DNA from: an uncultured Alphaproteobacteria bacterium
GTDB lineage: Bacteria > Pseudomonadota > Alphaproteobacteria > Rhizobiales > Beijerinckiaceae
DNA length: 64,000 nt
Assembly (NCBI GenBank): GCA_963704315.1
Contig: OY969887.1
Location: 1,907,069-1,971,068, forward strand
Direction: 5' to 3'
Made by a program: the position numbers and the translations under genes
Part shown: positions 27,586 to 39,287 of the stretch, piece by piece
How the letters are laid out: every line of letters starts with the position of its first letter
Numbering within the stretch: position 1 is the stretch's first letter
The notes under the pieces: model-generated
Told to the model about the DNA's origin: nothing
Database searches by the model: none
What the model saw: only the letters and a program-made list of their open reading frames with translations

Positions 27586-27621
27586 CAATCTTGGGCAATT
27601 GAGCAATCTTGGGCAATTGAG
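27586..27621. repeat. perfect 18-bp tandem duplication abutting the PilZ gene ATG
   Basis: caatcttgggcaattgag occurs twice, followed immediately by ATG at 27622. Confidence 0.95.
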
Positions 27622-28083
27622 ATGGAGCCGGTGATGGACACCGACATGAATGTGCCCAACGCAGGATCAGAGAGGCGGACCAGCGATCGGGTCAGAACTT
27701 TCCTGCGCGCCCAGATCATCTTCAACAATCGCATGACGACGATCGATTGCATCGTCAAAAACATATCCGCGACCGGGGCTAGAGTTGCCCTAAACAACAC
27801 TCTCGCCGTGCCGACGGAATTCGACATTTATATTCCGCAGCGCGGCCGCAGCCATCATGCCCGGCTCGTTTGGCGCGACAAGGATTCGATCGGCATCGGT
27901 TTCATGGATGTGCAGCAGCCGGCGGCCGTCGCCGCGCCGCCGTCACTGCCGGATATGCCGGCGCTCGGCGGCGAAGCCAGGCTGCGGGAGCTCGAGGTTC
28001 AGAACGCGGAGTTGAAGGCGCGCATCCGCCAGCTCAACAAGAGGCTCGAAGATCTCGGCCAGGACCCGAACAACGTCCTCTGA
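27622..28083 (+). CDS. PilZ-domain protein with C-terminal coiled coil
   Basis: RRTSDRVRTFLRAQIIF...IVKNISATGARV...HARLVWRD is the PilZ RxxxR / DxSxxG pattern. The C-terminal part is LRELEVQNAELKARIRQLNKRLEDL. Confidence 0.72.
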   Translation: MEPVMDTDMNVPNAGSERRTSDRVRTFLRAQIIFNNRMTTIDCIVKNISATGARVALNNTLAVPTEFDIYIPQRGRSHHARLVWRDKDSIGIGFMDVQQPAAVAAPPSLPDMPALGGEARLRELEVQNAELKARIRQLNKRLEDLGQDPNNVL

Positions 28084-28107
28084 CGGAATGAGACCACAGC
28101 ATCGCCT

Positions 28108-28791
28108 TCAGGCGAGTTCGGCGACGCGCCCTTCCTGCAAGGTCACCCGCCGCATCATCCGCGCGGCGAGATCCATATTGTGGGTGGCGAGCAGCACCGC
28201 GAGGCCAGTCTCATTCACTAAAGTCTCAAGCGCCGCAATGACGTGATCGGCCGTCACCGGATCGAGATTGCCGGTCGGCTCGTCGGCAAGCAGAATGCCA
28301 GGCGCATTGGCGACGGCCCGCGCGATCGCGACCCTTTGCTGCTCGCCGCCGGACAATTGCGCCGGCCGATGCGTCATACGATCTGCAAGCCCGAGATAGA
28401 CGAGCAAAGCTTCCGCTCGCGCTCGCGCCATTTTGCGCGACAGACCATGGATCATCTGCGGCAACATGATGTTTTCGAGCGCCGAGAACTCCGGCAACAG
28501 ATGATGGAATTGATACACGAAGCCAATGGCGTCGCGCCGCAGCGCCGTGCGCATATCGTCCTGCATGCGTGTCGTCGGCTGCGTGCCGATATAGACTTCG
28601 CCTTCGTCCGGCCGTTCCAACAGGCCGGCAATATGCAGAAGCGTCGATTTGCCAACACCGGATTGCGCGACGAGCGCGACCGATTGGCCAGGAAAAAGGG
28701 CGAAGTCGGCGCCGCGCAGCACGCTGAGCGACGTCGCGCCCTGTCTGTAGCGGCGCCCGATGTTTTCGAGCTGAAGAACGGGTCGCGTCAT
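28108..28791 (-). CDS. lolD: lipoprotein-releasing system ATP-binding protein
   Basis: ABC ATPase with Walker [10 protein letters not shown] and signature [14 protein letters not shown]. It lies adjacent to a LolC/E permease gene. Confidence 0.88.
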   Translation of the reverse strand: MTRPVLQLENIGRRYRQGATSLSVLRGADFALFPGQSVALVAQSGVGKSTLLHIAGLLERPDEGEVYIGTQPTTRMQDDMRTALRRDAIGFVYQFHHLLPEFSALENIMLPQMIHGLSRKMARARAEALLVYLGLADRMTHRPAQLSGGEQQRVAIARAVANAPGILLADEPTGNLDPVTADHVIAALETLVNETGLAVLLATHNMDLAARMMRRVTLQEGRVAELA

Positions 28792-28792
28792 G

Positions 28793-30061
28793 TCACTCGT
28801 AGCGCAGCGCTTCGACCGGGTCGAGCCTTGCGGCGCGCCAGGACGGATAGATGGTCGCCAGGATCGACAATATCAGCGTCATACCAACGACAGCGACGAC
28901 ATCGCGTGGATCAACGACGGCGGGAAGCCGCGACAGGAAATAGAGTTCCGCCGGAAAGAAATTGGCATGCAGCAGCCGGTTCAAAAGCTGCCGGATCGGC
29001 TCGACATTGTCGGCGACCGCAAGGCCGAGCAGAAAGCCGGCGAATGTGCCGCAGATGCCGATCGAGGCGCCGGTGATCAGAAAGATCCGCATGATCGCGC
29101 CGCGCGTCGCCCCCATGGTGCGCAGGATCGCAATATCATGGCTCTTGTCCTTCACCAGCATGATGAGGCCGGAGATGATGTTGAGTGCCGCGACGAGCAC
29201 AATTAGAGTGAGAATGACGAACATCACATTGCGTTCGACATTGAGAGCATCGAAGAAGGTGCGGTTGCGCTCGCGCCAGTCGGTCATGATCACGGGCCGT
29301 TGCACCGCCGCCTCTATGGCCGGACGCAGGGCGTCGATCTTTTCCGGATCATGCAGAAACAGCTCGATGACGCTGACCTCTTTGTCTTTGTTGAAAAAGG
29401 CCTGCGCCTCGGGCAGCGGCAGATAAACGAAGATGCTGTCGAATTCCGCCATGCCGATCTGAAAGATCTCGACAATGGGATAGGCCTTGACCCGCGGCAC
29501 GACGCCGAACGGCGTCTGCGCTCCGGCCGCCGTGATGATCTTGATCTGGTCGCCGACCCGCAAATTGAGATTATCCGCAAGCCTTTGGCCGATGGCAGCG
29601 CCACCGGAGGCCTCAAATCCATCGAGGGTCCCGCTTTTCAAATGGCCGGCAATGCCTGGCAGGCGCCTGATGTCGGTTCCGGAGACCCCGCGCACCAGCA
29701 CGCCGGCCCCGCCTTGCGAAAAAGGCGAGGACGCGAAGGCCGAGCCTTCGACCATCGGAATGGCGAGATCGACGCCCGGAACGCTCGAAGCACGCTTGGC
29801 CACAGCGTCGTAATCGGTGAGCGGCGCATCCGCCGCCTGCAAAAAAATGTGGCCGTTGATGCCGACGATCTTGTCGAGCAATTCCTTATGGAAGCCGTTC
29901 ATCACCGACATCACGACGATCAAAGTGGCGACGCCCAGCATGATGCCGAGAAAGGAAAACCCGGCGATGACGGAGACATAGCCTTCGGCCCGCCGCGCCC
30001 GCAGATAGCGCGCGGCGATCATCCATTCGAACAAGGAAAAGGGGCGCGTGGCGGCCGTCAA
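28793..30061 (-). CDS. lipoprotein-releasing ABC transporter permease (LolC/LolE family)
   Basis: 422 aa with MacB/FtsX-type topology, [11 protein letters not shown] at the N-terminus and a C-terminal FtsX domain. Confidence 0.88.
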   Translation of the reverse strand: MTAATRPFSLFEWMIAARYLRARRAEGYVSVIAGFSFLGIMLGVATLIVVMSVMNGFHKELLDKIVGINGHIFLQAADAPLTDYDAVAKRASSVPGVDLAIPMVEGSAFASSPFSQGGAGVLVRGVSGTDIRRLPGIAGHLKSGTLDGFEASGGAAIGQRLADNLNLRVGDQIKIITAAGAQTPFGVVPRVKAYPIVEIFQIGMAEFDSIFVYLPLPEAQAFFNKDKEVSVIELFLHDPEKIDALRPAIEAAVQRPVIMTDWRERNRTFFDALNVERNVMFVILTLIVLVAALNIISGLIMLVKDKSHDIAILRTMGATRGAIMRIFLITGASIGICGTFAGFLLGLAVADNVEPIRQLLNRLLHANFFPAELYFLSRLPAVVDPRDVVAVVGMTLILSILATIYPSWRAARLDPVEALRYE

Positions 30062-30133
30062 TTCATCTTCCTCATCTTGCCAAGGCGGCGCAAGAGCCGC
30101 ATGCGGCTTGCCTGCTCTCCCCTTGGCCGGTGT

Positions 30134-31453
30134 TCACGCCGTCAGCTTCGCGATCGCCGCCGCAATCGATAGGGTTTCGCGCGCCCCGGTCGCCCGCGTC
30201 TTGACTTCGACCGTGCCTGCGGCGAGCCCTTTCGGTCCGATGATCAGCTGGTAAGGCAGGCCGATCATGTCCAAAGTCGCGAATTTCGCTCCCGGCCGCT
30301 CGTCCGTATCATCATAAAGCACGTCGATCTTCGCCTTTTCGAGCGCCTGATAGATCTGCAAAGAGGCCGCATCGGTCGCCGCATCGCCGACCTTCAGATT
30401 GGCGATCCCGACCCGGAAAGGTGCGACCTCCTCTGGCCAGATGATTCCGGCATCATCATGATTGGCCTCAATCAAGGCGCCGACGAGGCGCGAGACGCCG
30501 ACCCCATAGGAGCCCCCCATGAAGGGGCGCTCGACGCCATCGGGGCCGGTGATCAGAGCCCGCATCGGCGTCGCATATTTATCGCCGAAATAGAAGATCT
30601 GGCCGACCTCGATGCCGCGTCTGTGGATGCGCTTTGCTTCCGGCGTCTCGCGCTCGAATTGCGCTTGATCATGCACGTCCTCGGTTGCGGCATAAAGCGT
30701 GGTCCAATCCTTCACGATCGGCGCGAGATCGCCATCATAATCGATGCTCGCGTCGGGAATCGGCAGATCCAGAACATCGGCATTGCAATAGACGCCGGAT
30801 TCGCCGGTTTCCGCGAGAATGATGAATTCATGGCTGAGATTGCCGCCGATCGGCCCGGTCTCGGCCTGCATAGGGATGGCCTTCAGCCCCATCCGCGCGA
30901 AGATCCGCAGATAGGCGACGAACATGCGGTGATAGGAGCGCCATGCCGCGGCCTCGTCGAGATCGAAGGAATAGGCATCCTTCATCAGAAATTCGCGCCC
31001 GCGCATCACGCCGAAGCGCGGCCGCTGCTCGTCGCGGAATTTCCATTGGATATGGTAGAGGATCTTCGGCAGCTCGCGATAGCTTTTGACATAGGCGCGA
31101 AAAATCTCGGTGATCATGTCTTCATTGGTCGGGCCGTAGAGCAGTTCGCGCTCATGCCGGTCCTTGATCCGCAGCATCTCCGGCCCATAGGCATCGTAGC
31201 GGCCGGATTCGCGCCACAGATCGGCAAGCTGCAAGGTCGGCATCAGAAGCTCGATGGCCCCTGCCCGATCCATTTCTTCGCGCACGATCTGCGTCACTTT
31301 CTGCAAGACTTTGAAGCCGAGCGGCAGCCAGGCGTAAATGCCGGCCGCCTCCTGCCGGATCATGCCGGCGCGCAGCATCAGGCGATGCGAGACGATCTCC
31401 GCCTCCTTCGGCGTTTCGCGCAGAATGGGCAGGAAATAGCGGGAAAGGCGCAT
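30134..31453 (-). CDS. proS: proline--tRNA ligase (alpha-proteobacterial short type)
   Basis: [34 protein letters not shown], with class II motifs. The ATG is at 31453. Confidence 0.95.
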   Translation of the reverse strand: MRLSRYFLPILRETPKEAEIVSHRLMLRAGMIRQEAAGIYAWLPLGFKVLQKVTQIVREEMDRAGAIELLMPTLQLADLWRESGRYDAYGPEMLRIKDRHERELLYGPTNEDMITEIFRAYVKSYRELPKILYHIQWKFRDEQRPRFGVMRGREFLMKDAYSFDLDEAAAWRSYHRMFVAYLRIFARMGLKAIPMQAETGPIGGNLSHEFIILAETGESGVYCNADVLDLPIPDASIDYDGDLAPIVKDWTTLYAATEDVHDQAQFERETPEAKRIHRRGIEVGQIFYFGDKYATPMRALITGPDGVERPFMGGSYGVGVSRLVGALIEANHDDAGIIWPEEVAPFRVGIANLKVGDAATDAASLQIYQALEKAKIDVLYDDTDERPGAKFATLDMIGLPYQLIIGPKGLAAGTVEVKTRATGARETLSIAAAIAKLTA

Positions 31454-31633
31454 GATTTTGGGCTCGGTGAGAGGAAAAGCGGGCAGCAGCCACTCGAATG
31501 CGTTCAGCAACGCTGCACGCGCTTTGGTGGCCGCTTTTAATCGGCGCCGAAACAATCGCAAAGGAAAAGAAAAGACAAGCGGGTCTCGAAACGGATCTCC
31601 GCCCGTTGAAGGCACCGCAATTTGGTGTTCGGC

Positions 31634-32677
31634 TTATCCAGGTAATGCGAAGGCGCCGCCGCGCTTCAGGCGTAGCCCCGCCCGCTGGCCGATGCCGAAC
31701 AGCCCGTCCTGCGGCGCCTCGGCCTCGACGACGCGTTCATTGACGCCAATGGCGAGCTCCAGCCGCCGGCTCGGCCCAGCCCTTCTCAGCGCTTTCACAA
31801 TGCCGGTGACGAGGCCCGGCCGCGGCTCCTCGATCACCGCATCCTGCGGCCGGAAATAGATCGCCTGGCGCCCATCCCGCAGATCGTTAAAGGGCAGGCC
31901 CACAGGCCGCTCGTCGAAATAGGGTTTTCCCGAAAAAACCTCGACCTCGAAACGGCTCAATTCGCCGATGAAATCATAGACGAAGGGCGAGACCGGCGCG
32001 TCATAGACCTCCTGCGGCGCGCCGATCTGCTCGATCTGGCCCTTATTCATGACGACCACGCGGTCGGCGACTTCCAGCGCCTCGTCCTGATCATGCGTGA
32101 CGAAGACTGTGGTATGGCCGGTCCTTCTGTGGAGATCGCGCAGCCAATGCCGAAGTTCGCGCCGCACTTTCGCATCAAGCGCGCCAAAGGGCTCGTCGAG
32201 AAGCAGCACGCGCGGCTCGACAGCAAGAGCGCGCGCAAAGGCGACGCGCTGCCTTTGGCCGCCAGAAAGCTGCGCCGGATAGCGCTTGCCGAGATCCGGC
32301 AGCTGGACGAGTTCGAGCAACGCGTTCACGCGTCGCGCGATCTCCCGCTCGGAGGGCCGGTCCCGCCGGCGCCGCACGCGCAGGCCAAAGGCGATATTGT
32401 CGAAGACATTCATATGCCGGAACAGCGCATAATGCTGGAAGACGAAGCCGATCTGGCGCTCCTGCACGCTCTTTTCCGAAGCGTCTTCGCCGCCAAAGAG
32501 AACCCGGCCGGCGCTCGGAAAGTCGAGGCCGGCGATAATGCGCAGCAAAGTCGTCTTGCCGGAGCCGGAAGGGCCGAGCAGCGCGATAAGCTCGCCGGAA
32601 TGGATCGTCAGATCGACGCCGTGCAAGGCTGGTGTCGTGCCGAACTCCTTATGGATGCCGCCAATATCGAGATTCAC
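31634..32677 (-). CDS. cysA: sulfate/thiosulfate ABC transporter ATP-binding protein
   Basis: [29 protein letters not shown] and a C-terminal TOBE-like domain. Operon context: cysTW. Confidence 0.9.
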   Translation of the reverse strand: MNLDIGGIHKEFGTTPALHGVDLTIHSGELIALLGPSGSGKTTLLRIIAGLDFPSAGRVLFGGEDASEKSVQERQIGFVFQHYALFRHMNVFDNIAFGLRVRRRRDRPSEREIARRVNALLELVQLPDLGKRYPAQLSGGQRQRVAFARALAVEPRVLLLDEPFGALDAKVRRELRHWLRDLHRRTGHTTVFVTHDQDEALEVADRVVVMNKGQIEQIGAPQEVYDAPVSPFVYDFIGELSRFEVEVFSGKPYFDERPVGLPFNDLRDGRQAIYFRPQDAVIEEPRPGLVTGIVKALRRAGPSRRLELAIGVNERVVEAEAPQDGLFGIGQRAGLRLKRGGAFALPG

Positions 32678-32691
32678 GATCTGCCTCCGGA

Positions 32692-33576
32692 TCAGACGCG
32701 ACGCGTTGCGGCGATCTCATCGCCATAGCGTGCTTCAAGCGCCGTCTTGATGACGAGGGTGACGAGAGCCAATGCGCCGAGAAGGCTCGCCGTCGCAAAG
32801 GCACCGACGAAATTATATTCATTATAGGCCATCTCGATCTGCAGCGGCATGGTCACCGTCAGACCGCGCAAATGGCCGGAGACGACTGACACGGCGCCGA
32901 ACTCGCCCATCGCCCGCGCATTGCAGAGGAGCACGCCATAGAGTAGTGCCCAGCGGATATTGGGCAAGGTCGTCCTGAGAAAGGTCGATAGCCCGCTTGC
33001 CCCGAGCGACAGCGCAGCTTCTTCATCGCCCACGCCCTGCTCCTGCATCAGCGGGATGAGCTCGCGCGCGACAAAGGGGAAGGTGACGAAAATGGTCGCG
33101 AGCACGATCCCTGGGACGGCGAAGATGATCTCGACCCCATGCGCTGCGAGCCAAGGTCCGAAGACACCATTGGCACCATAGAGCAGCACATAGATCAGGC
33201 CGGCGATCACCGGCGAGACGGAAAAGGGCAGATCGATCAAGGTGACGAGCAGCGTCTTGCCGGGAAAAGCGAATTTGGCGATGGCCCAAGCCGCGGCAAT
33301 GCCGAATATGGCGTTCAGCGGCACCGCGATAGCGGCCACGAAAAGCGTGAGCCTGATGCTCGCCAGCACGTCCGGATCGGCGAAATTGGCGAGATATGGC
33401 ATGACGCCCTTGGCGAAAGCCTCGGCAAAAACCATCACGAGCGGCAGAATGAGAAACAGCCCCATGAAGAGCATCGCGAGCCCGATCAGAACGGCACGAA
33501 CATAGCGCGTTTCCGTGACGGGCGAACGGAAGACTGCTGGGCGGCCCGCGGCTTGAGGCAGGGCGTGATCACTCAT
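32692..33576 (-). CDS. cysW: sulfate ABC transporter permease
   Basis: Typical CysW membrane protein. It overlaps the cysT stop. Confidence 0.88.
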   Translation of the reverse strand: MSDHALPQAAGRPAVFRSPVTETRYVRAVLIGLAMLFMGLFLILPLVMVFAEAFAKGVMPYLANFADPDVLASIRLTLFVAAIAVPLNAIFGIAAAWAIAKFAFPGKTLLVTLIDLPFSVSPVIAGLIYVLLYGANGVFGPWLAAHGVEIIFAVPGIVLATIFVTFPFVARELIPLMQEQGVGDEEAALSLGASGLSTFLRTTLPNIRWALLYGVLLCNARAMGEFGAVSVVSGHLRGLTVTMPLQIEMAYNEYNFVGAFATASLLGALALVTLVIKTALEARYGDEIAATRRV

Positions 33577-34408
33577 GACCGAATCTCCGCAAGCTCCAGA
33601 ACTGGACGAGATTGATCGAAACGAGCATCAGGAAGGAGATGGCGAGCATGGCGACGGCAATGACCGTCGCGCCGCCATAATCGAACTCCGAGAGCTTGGT
33701 CACGATCAAGAGCGGCGCGATCTCCGAAACGAAAGGAATATTGCCGGCGATGAAGATGACCGAGCCATATTCGCCGATGCCGCGGGCGAGCGCGAGCGCA
33801 AAGCCGGTCAGGATCGCCGGCATCAGGCTCGGCAGAATGACTTGCCGAAAGGTTCGCCAGCGCGAGGCGCCAAGCGTGGCGGAAGCTTCCTCGACCTCGA
33901 CATCGATCTCCGCCAGCACCGGCTGAACCGTGCGCACGACAAAGGGCAGGCCGATGAAGACGAGGGCGACCCAGATGCCGGTCGGCGTATACGCGAGCTT
34001 GATGCCATAGGGAGCGAGCAAGCCGCCGATCCAGCCGTTCGGCGCATAAAGCGCAGAGAGCGAAATGCCGGCGACGGCGGTCGGCAGCGCGAAAGGCAGA
34101 TCGACCAGCGCATCGAGAATGCGCTGCCCACGAAAACGATAGCGGGTCAGGACCCAGGCGATCAGAACGCCGACCGGCAGATTGAAGGCAGCAGCCAGAA
34201 GCGAGGTGACGAAACTCACCCGGAGCGCCGCCAAGACGCGCGGCGTCGAAACGATCGCCCAAATGCCGGCAAGCCCTAAGCCCGCCGCCTTGACGACGAG
34301 CACCGCAAGCGGGATCAGAACCACCAGCGACAGATAGAGCAAGGTGAAGCCGAGCGCGAGGCGAAAGCCAGGCACGACGCTCCGCCGTCCGAGGGTCAGG
34401 ATCGTCAT
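33569..34408 (-). CDS. cysT: sulfate ABC transporter permease
   Basis: Typical CysT. I prefer the start MTILTLGRRS at 34408. Confidence 0.88.
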   Translation of the reverse strand: MTILTLGRRSVVPGFRLALGFTLLYLSLVVLIPLAVLVVKAAGLGLAGIWAIVSTPRVLAALRVSFVTSLLAAAFNLPVGVLIAWVLTRYRFRGQRILDALVDLPFALPTAVAGISLSALYAPNGWIGGLLAPYGIKLAYTPTGIWVALVFIGLPFVVRTVQPVLAEIDVEVEEASATLGASRWRTFRQVILPSLMPAILTGFALALARGIGEYGSVIFIAGNIPFVSEIAPLLIVTKLSEFDYGGATVIAVAMLAISFLMLVSINLVQFWSLRRFGHE

Positions 34409-34435
34409 TGTCGCGGTTTCCGTGATTATTTTAAC

Positions 34436-34478
34436 GCATGATCTTATCCGAAAAGTCTGCAACTTTCCGGGATCGTGC
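34436..34478. repeat. 43-nt palindromic intergenic repeat, copy 2
   Basis: gcatgatcttatccgaaaagtctgcaactttccgggatcgtgc lies between the sulfate-binding-protein stop and the cysT start. Confidence 0.9.
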
Positions 34479-34479
34479 T

Positions 34480-35529
34480 CTAATGCCCTGCCCCGTAGAT
34501 CTGATCGAACACGCCGCCATCGGCAAAATATTTTTTCTGGACCGCATCCCAGCCGCCGAACACATCTGAGACCTTGAACAGATTGATTTTCGGGAAGCGC
34601 TTCAAATCGGCCGGATCGGCATATTTGGCCTCGAACGGCCGATAATAATGATGCGCGATGAGCTTCTGCCCTGCCGGCGAATAGAGATATTGGAGATAGG
34701 CCTCGCTCACTTTGCGGGTGCCATCCTTGTCGACATTGCCGTCGACAAGGGAAACCGGCGGCAGAGCCAGCACGCTGTAGGAGGGCACGACGATCTCGAA
34801 CCTGTCGCGGCCGAGATCGTTCAAGGCGAGAAAGGCTTCATTCTCCCAGGCGAGCAGAACATCGCCCTGGCCGCGCTGCACGAAAGTCGTGGTCGAGCCG
34901 CGCGCGCCAGAATCGAGCACCGGCACATTTTTATAGAGCGCCGCGATGAAGGCCCGTGCCTTCGCCTCATTACCGCCCGAGGTCTTCAGCGCATAGGCAA
35001 AGGCCGCAAGAAAATTCCAGCGCGCGCCGCTCGATGTCTTCGGATTGGGCGTCATCACTTTCACGCCCGGCTTCACGAGATCGTCCCAATCCTTGAGATG
35101 TTTCGGATTGCCCTTGCGGACCAGGAAGACGACCGTCGACGTATAGGGCGCAGATTCGTTCGGCAGGCGGCTCTGCCAATTCGCCGGGATCTTATGGGTC
35201 TTTTGCGCAATAGCGTCGATGTCGGAAGCTATGCCGAGGGTCACGACATCGGCATTGAGACCGTCGATGACGGTGCGCGCCTGAGCGCCCGAGCCGCCAT
35301 TCGAGGTTCGGATCGTCACCGTCTCCCCCGTCTTGGCCTTCCAATAGGAAGCGAAGACGGCATTGAAATCCTTATAGAATTCGCGGGTCGGATCATAGCT
35401 GACATTGGTGATCGTGCTGTCTGCATGCGCTATATTCGGCGCACTCAAAAGCGCGATCAAGACAGCGGATCGAAGCAGGCCCGAGCGGCCTAGGCGCGGG
35501 TGAAATGTCATCAGATCTAGCATGCGCAA
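34480..35529 (-). CDS. periplasmic sulfate/thiosulfate-binding protein
   Basis: It has a signal peptide and Sbp/CysP-like sequence ([25 protein letters not shown]). It is the first gene of the sulfate ABC operon. Confidence 0.9.
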   Translation of the reverse strand: MRMLDLMTFHPRLGRSGLLRSAVLIALLSAPNIAHADSTITNVSYDPTREFYKDFNAVFASYWKAKTGETVTIRTSNGGSGAQARTVIDGLNADVVTLGIASDIDAIAQKTHKIPANWQSRLPNESAPYTSTVVFLVRKGNPKHLKDWDDLVKPGVKVMTPNPKTSSGARWNFLAAFAYALKTSGGNEAKARAFIAALYKNVPVLDSGARGSTTTFVQRGQGDVLLAWENEAFLALNDLGRDRFEIVVPSYSVLALPPVSLVDGNVDKDGTRKVSEAYLQYLYSPAGQKLIAHHYYRPFEAKYADPADLKRFPKINLFKVSDVFGGWDAVQKKYFADGGVFDQIYGAGH

Positions 35530-35593
35530 TCCCCTCTTTGGAGCTCAATAATCATAATATCCATCGATTTTGTCAATTAATTAAAAGGGCAAG

Positions 35594-35631
35594 TAGTTAA
35601 ACCGGCAAGCCACCGGCGGCGCCCTTGCCGG
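35594..35631 (-). terminator. rho-independent terminator candidate downstream of glmS
   Basis: On the minus strand the stem is ccggcaag...cttgccgg, followed by tttaacta and a T-rich stretch. Confidence 0.55.
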
Positions 35632-35642
35632 CGTGCGCCGCC

Positions 35643-37478
35643 CTATTCCACCGTCACGCTTTTGGCGAGATTGCGCGGCTGATCGGCATCCTTGCCCATG
35701 AAGATCGCGGTATGATAGGCGATCATTTGCACTGGCACGGCATAGACGATCGCCGAAAAATCCGGCGCCATTTCAGGCATTGTGATCGCCTCGACCTCGC
35801 CGCCGAAATCATGCGGCGCGCCGGCATCGGTGATGAGGATCAGGCGGCCGCCGCGGGCCGCGACTTCCTGCATGTTCGACAAAGTCTTATCGAAGACATT
35901 GTCGCGCGGCGCCAGAACGATGACCGGCAGATCATTGTCAACGAGCGCGATCGGCCCGTGCTTCAATTCGCCGGCCGCATAGCCCTCGGCGTGAATGTAG
36001 GAAATCTCCTTCAGCTTCAGTGCGCCTTCAAGCGCCAAGGGATAGGACGTGCCGCGGCCGAGATAGAGCACGTCGCGGGCGCGGCTCAAGTCGCGGGCGA
36101 GCGCTTCGATCCGCGGCTCGCGCTTCATCGCTTCCGCCATCAGCCCCGGTACGGCCATCAGCTGGGCCACATATTGCGCTTCCTTTTTCGCGTCGAGGAC
36201 GCCGCGCGCCCGGCCGAAGGCGAGCGCCAAGCAGGCGAGCAGAGCGAGCTGGCAGGTGAAAGCCTTGGTCGAGGCGACGCCGATCTCCGGCCCGGCAAGA
36301 GTCAGAGCCGCGATATCGCTTTCCCGCGCCATGGTCGAGGTCGCGACATTGACGACGCTCAGGATCTTCTGGCCATGCGCCTTGGCGTAGCGCAGGCAGG
36401 CGAGCGTATCCGCCGTCTCGCCCGATTGCGAAATCAAAAGAGTGAGGCCGCCGCGCTCCATCGGCGGCTCGCGATAGCGGAACTCGGACGCGACTTCGAT
36501 TTCGACCGGCAGGCGGGCGAAACGCTCGAACCAATAGCGGGCGAGGAGCCCGGCAATATAGGCCGTGCCGCAGGCGGCAATCGTCAGCCGCGGCAATTGC
36601 GCCGCATCGACAGGCAGCGCAAAGGGCAAAGCGACAGTCCCCGCCGACATGTCGAGATAATGCGCGAGCGTACGGGCGACGACCTCCGGCTGCTCGTGAA
36701 TCTCCTTTGCCATGAAATGCCGATAATTGCCCTTGTCGACGAGCAGCGCCGAGGCGAGCGTTTTGATGCGGCGGCGTTCGACCGGCTGATTATGGGCATC
36801 GCGAAATTCGGCGCCGCTTCGGGAAAGAATGACGAAATCACCGTCGTCGAGATAGGCGAGCTCGTCGGTGAAGGGCGCCAGGGCCAGTGCATCGGAGCCG
36901 AGATAGATTTCGCCCGCCCGCTCGCCCTCGCCGAAACCGACCACCAGCGGCGCACCATCCCGCGCGCCGATCAACAGATCGTCTTCGCCGTCGAACAGAA
37001 CGGCGAGCGCGAAAGCGCCCTTGAGCCGCGGCAGGCTCGAAGCGACTGCATCGACCGGCGAAAGGCCGCCTTCCATCGCCTCGGCAAAGAGATGCGCGAT
37101 CACTTCGGAATCCGTGTCGCTTTCGAATTTATGCCCCTTGTCGCGCAGCTCGTCGCGCAGCTCGCGGAAATTTTCGATAATGCCATTATGGACGACGGCA
37201 ACCTTGCCATTCGCATGCGGATGCGCATTGGTTTCGGTCGGCCGACCATGCGTCGCCCAGCGCGTATGGCCGATCCCCGAGGCGCCGAACAGCGGCTCCG
37301 CGGCGAGGCAAGCTTCGAGATTCTTGAGTTTGCCGGCGGCGCGCCGGCGCGTGAGATGCCCACCTTCGAGCGTCGCGATGCCGGCCGAATCATAGCCGCG
37401 ATATTCGAGCCGCTTCAGCGCTTCGATGATCGAGCCTGCGACCGGCCCCTGCCCCAGAATGCCGACAATTCCGCACAT
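35643..37478 (-). CDS. glmS: glutamine--fructose-6-phosphate aminotransferase
   Basis: MCGIVGILG N-terminal nucleophile, two SIS domains and a C-terminal KSVTVE. Confidence 0.96.
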   Translation of the reverse strand: MCGIVGILGQGPVAGSIIEALKRLEYRGYDSAGIATLEGGHLTRRRAAGKLKNLEACLAAEPLFGASGIGHTRWATHGRPTETNAHPHANGKVAVVHNGIIENFRELRDELRDKGHKFESDTDSEVIAHLFAEAMEGGLSPVDAVASSLPRLKGAFALAVLFDGEDDLLIGARDGAPLVVGFGEGERAGEIYLGSDALALAPFTDELAYLDDGDFVILSRSGAEFRDAHNQPVERRRIKTLASALLVDKGNYRHFMAKEIHEQPEVVARTLAHYLDMSAGTVALPFALPVDAAQLPRLTIAACGTAYIAGLLARYWFERFARLPVEIEVASEFRYREPPMERGGLTLLISQSGETADTLACLRYAKAHGQKILSVVNVATSTMARESDIAALTLAGPEIGVASTKAFTCQLALLACLALAFGRARGVLDAKKEAQYVAQLMAVPGLMAEAMKREPRIEALARDLSRARDVLYLGRGTSYPLALEGALKLKEISYIHAEGYAAGELKHGPIALVDNDLPVIVLAPRDNVFDKTLSNMQEVAARGGRLILITDAGAPHDFGGEVEAITMPEMAPDFSAIVYAVPVQMIAYHTAIFMGKDADQPRNLAKSVTVE

Positions 37479-37543
37479 TCAATCTTGCCCTTGCAGCCCT
37501 TCCAAGCGATGCGCTGCGACATGCCGAAACTGCCGCCGCGCTC

Positions 37544-38899
37544 TCATTTCTTATGCTTCGCACGAAACGCTTTCGCCCAGCCCGGCTTTTGGATCTGCCT
37601 TTCGCGCGCCAGCGCCAGCGCATCGGCATCGACATCCTGGGTAATGACGGAGCCGGTGCCGATATAGGCGCCGGCGCCGATCTTCACCGGCGCGACGAGC
37701 GCCGAATTGACGCCGATGAAGGCGCCTTCGCCCACTTCCGTCTTGAATTTGGCGAAGCCATCGTAATTGCAGGTGATCGCCCCCGCCCCGATATTGGTGC
37801 GGGCGCCGATCGTCGCATCGCCGATGTAGGCAAGGTGATTGGCCTTGACGCCGGCACCGAGACGCGCCGCCTTCACCTCGACGAAATTGCCGATATGCAC
37901 GCCATCACCGAGCTCGGCGCCAGGACGCAGACGGGCGAAGGGCCCGACGATGCAGTCTTCCCCGACCCTGGCCCCTTCGAGATGGGAAAAAGCCCGGATC
38001 AGGCTGCCGGCGCCGACCCGCACACCTGGACCAAAAAAAACATTGGGCTCGATGGTCACGTCGGAGGCGAGTTCCGTATCAAAGGAAAGATGTACGCTTC
38101 CCGGATCAAGCAAAGTGACACCCGCCTGCATCGCTTCGCAGCGCAAGCGGCTTTGCAAGACCGCCTCCGCCGCTGCCAGCTGCTGCCGGTCGTTGATGCC
38201 CAGAACCTCTTCCTCCGGCACGCTCAGCGCCGCAACGCCGAGGCCTCGCGCATAGGCGAGGGCAACGGCATCGGTCAAGTAATACTCACTCTGAGCATTC
38301 ATCTTGCCGATCGCTTCGAGGAGGGCAAGGCCCGGCGGCCCAGCGAGCGCCATCAATCCTGCATTGCAGAAGTTGAGGCCAAGCTCGTCTTCCTGCAGAT
38401 CCTTGTGCTCGCGGATCGCGACAAGTGCTTGCCCCTCGTGGATCAGGCGGCCATAGCCCTTGGGATCACTCGCCTCGAAACCGAGAACGACGACGGCTGC
38501 GCCGGCTTCGGCCAGGGCGGCGCGCAGGCCCGAGAAGGTCGCAGGCCGCACCAAGGGCGTGTCGGCGAAGGCGATAAGAATATCATCGAAGCCCTCGGCG
38601 AGGGCAGATTTGGCGGCGAGCACCGCATGTGCGGTTCCAAGCGGGGCGGATTGGACGAAGACATCGGCCTCTGGCGCCACAAGCTTCACTTCCGCGCCGA
38701 CAGCCTCCTGCCCCGCGCCGACCACGACGGCAATCTTGTCCGCGCCTGCCGCCGCAATTACCGAGAGCACATGCGCGAGCATTGTACGCCCGGCGAGTTC
38801 ATGCAGGACTTTCGGCTTGCGCGAACCCATGCGTTTGCCCGCGCCGGCAGCGAGGACCACAGCCAGGCAGCGCCGCCGCCTCGCGTCCGATGCCGTCAT
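37544..38899 (-). CDS. glmU: bifunctional UDP-GlcNAc pyrophosphorylase / GlcN-1-P acetyltransferase
   Basis: VVLAAGAGKRM, left-handed beta-helix hexapeptide repeats and C-terminal KPGWA. Confidence 0.95.
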   Translation of the reverse strand: MTASDARRRRCLAVVLAAGAGKRMGSRKPKVLHELAGRTMLAHVLSVIAAAGADKIAVVVGAGQEAVGAEVKLVAPEADVFVQSAPLGTAHAVLAAKSALAEGFDDILIAFADTPLVRPATFSGLRAALAEAGAAVVVLGFEASDPKGYGRLIHEGQALVAIREHKDLQEDELGLNFCNAGLMALAGPPGLALLEAIGKMNAQSEYYLTDAVALAYARGLGVAALSVPEEEVLGINDRQQLAAAEAVLQSRLRCEAMQAGVTLLDPGSVHLSFDTELASDVTIEPNVFFGPGVRVGAGSLIRAFSHLEGARVGEDCIVGPFARLRPGAELGDGVHIGNFVEVKAARLGAGVKANHLAYIGDATIGARTNIGAGAITCNYDGFAKFKTEVGEGAFIGVNSALVAPVKIGAGAYIGTGSVITQDVDADALALARERQIQKPGWAKAFRAKHKK

Positions 38900-39287
38900 G
38901 GAGCGCAGCCTCTCATGGGCGAAAAGTCTCCCCGGATCCTGGTTTTCCCATGCGAGCTGCAGTCACTCTCGCCTCTCGATGCGGCATCTGGCCTCAGACT
39001 TTCATGCGCCTTATCAAAGCGTCCGGCTCATGGCTTATAGCTCATGGGCGCTGCAGCTGTCCTTCGCGGCGCAGGCTGGAGGCCGACAACCCACGGCAAT
39101 GACCCGCGCCGCCAACGCTGACGGCATGCAACATATATGATGCAATAGAGACACTGACGCAGTGTTGACGATAAGCTTAGCCGAAAGTCCATAAAAAGCC
39201 GTGCCACCATGGCGGTGAATGGGATATACACGAGAGATCCCGTTGAATCCAAGCAACAGCTCCCGTGCGGGATCAGCCAGTCCATTT

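Noticed and set aside
35625-37667. A very long plus-strand ORF (680 aa). Similar long ORFs occur at 37553-39040, 51583-53961, 53946-55790, 21344-22474, 59309-60604 and 47660-48766.
   Set aside because: They run antisense to strongly recognisable genes (glmS, glmU, sufD/C, sufB, exoR-like, anmK, pirin). Their translations are Arg/Gly/Asp/His-rich with no family resemblance. These are typical shadow ORFs of high-GC DNA.
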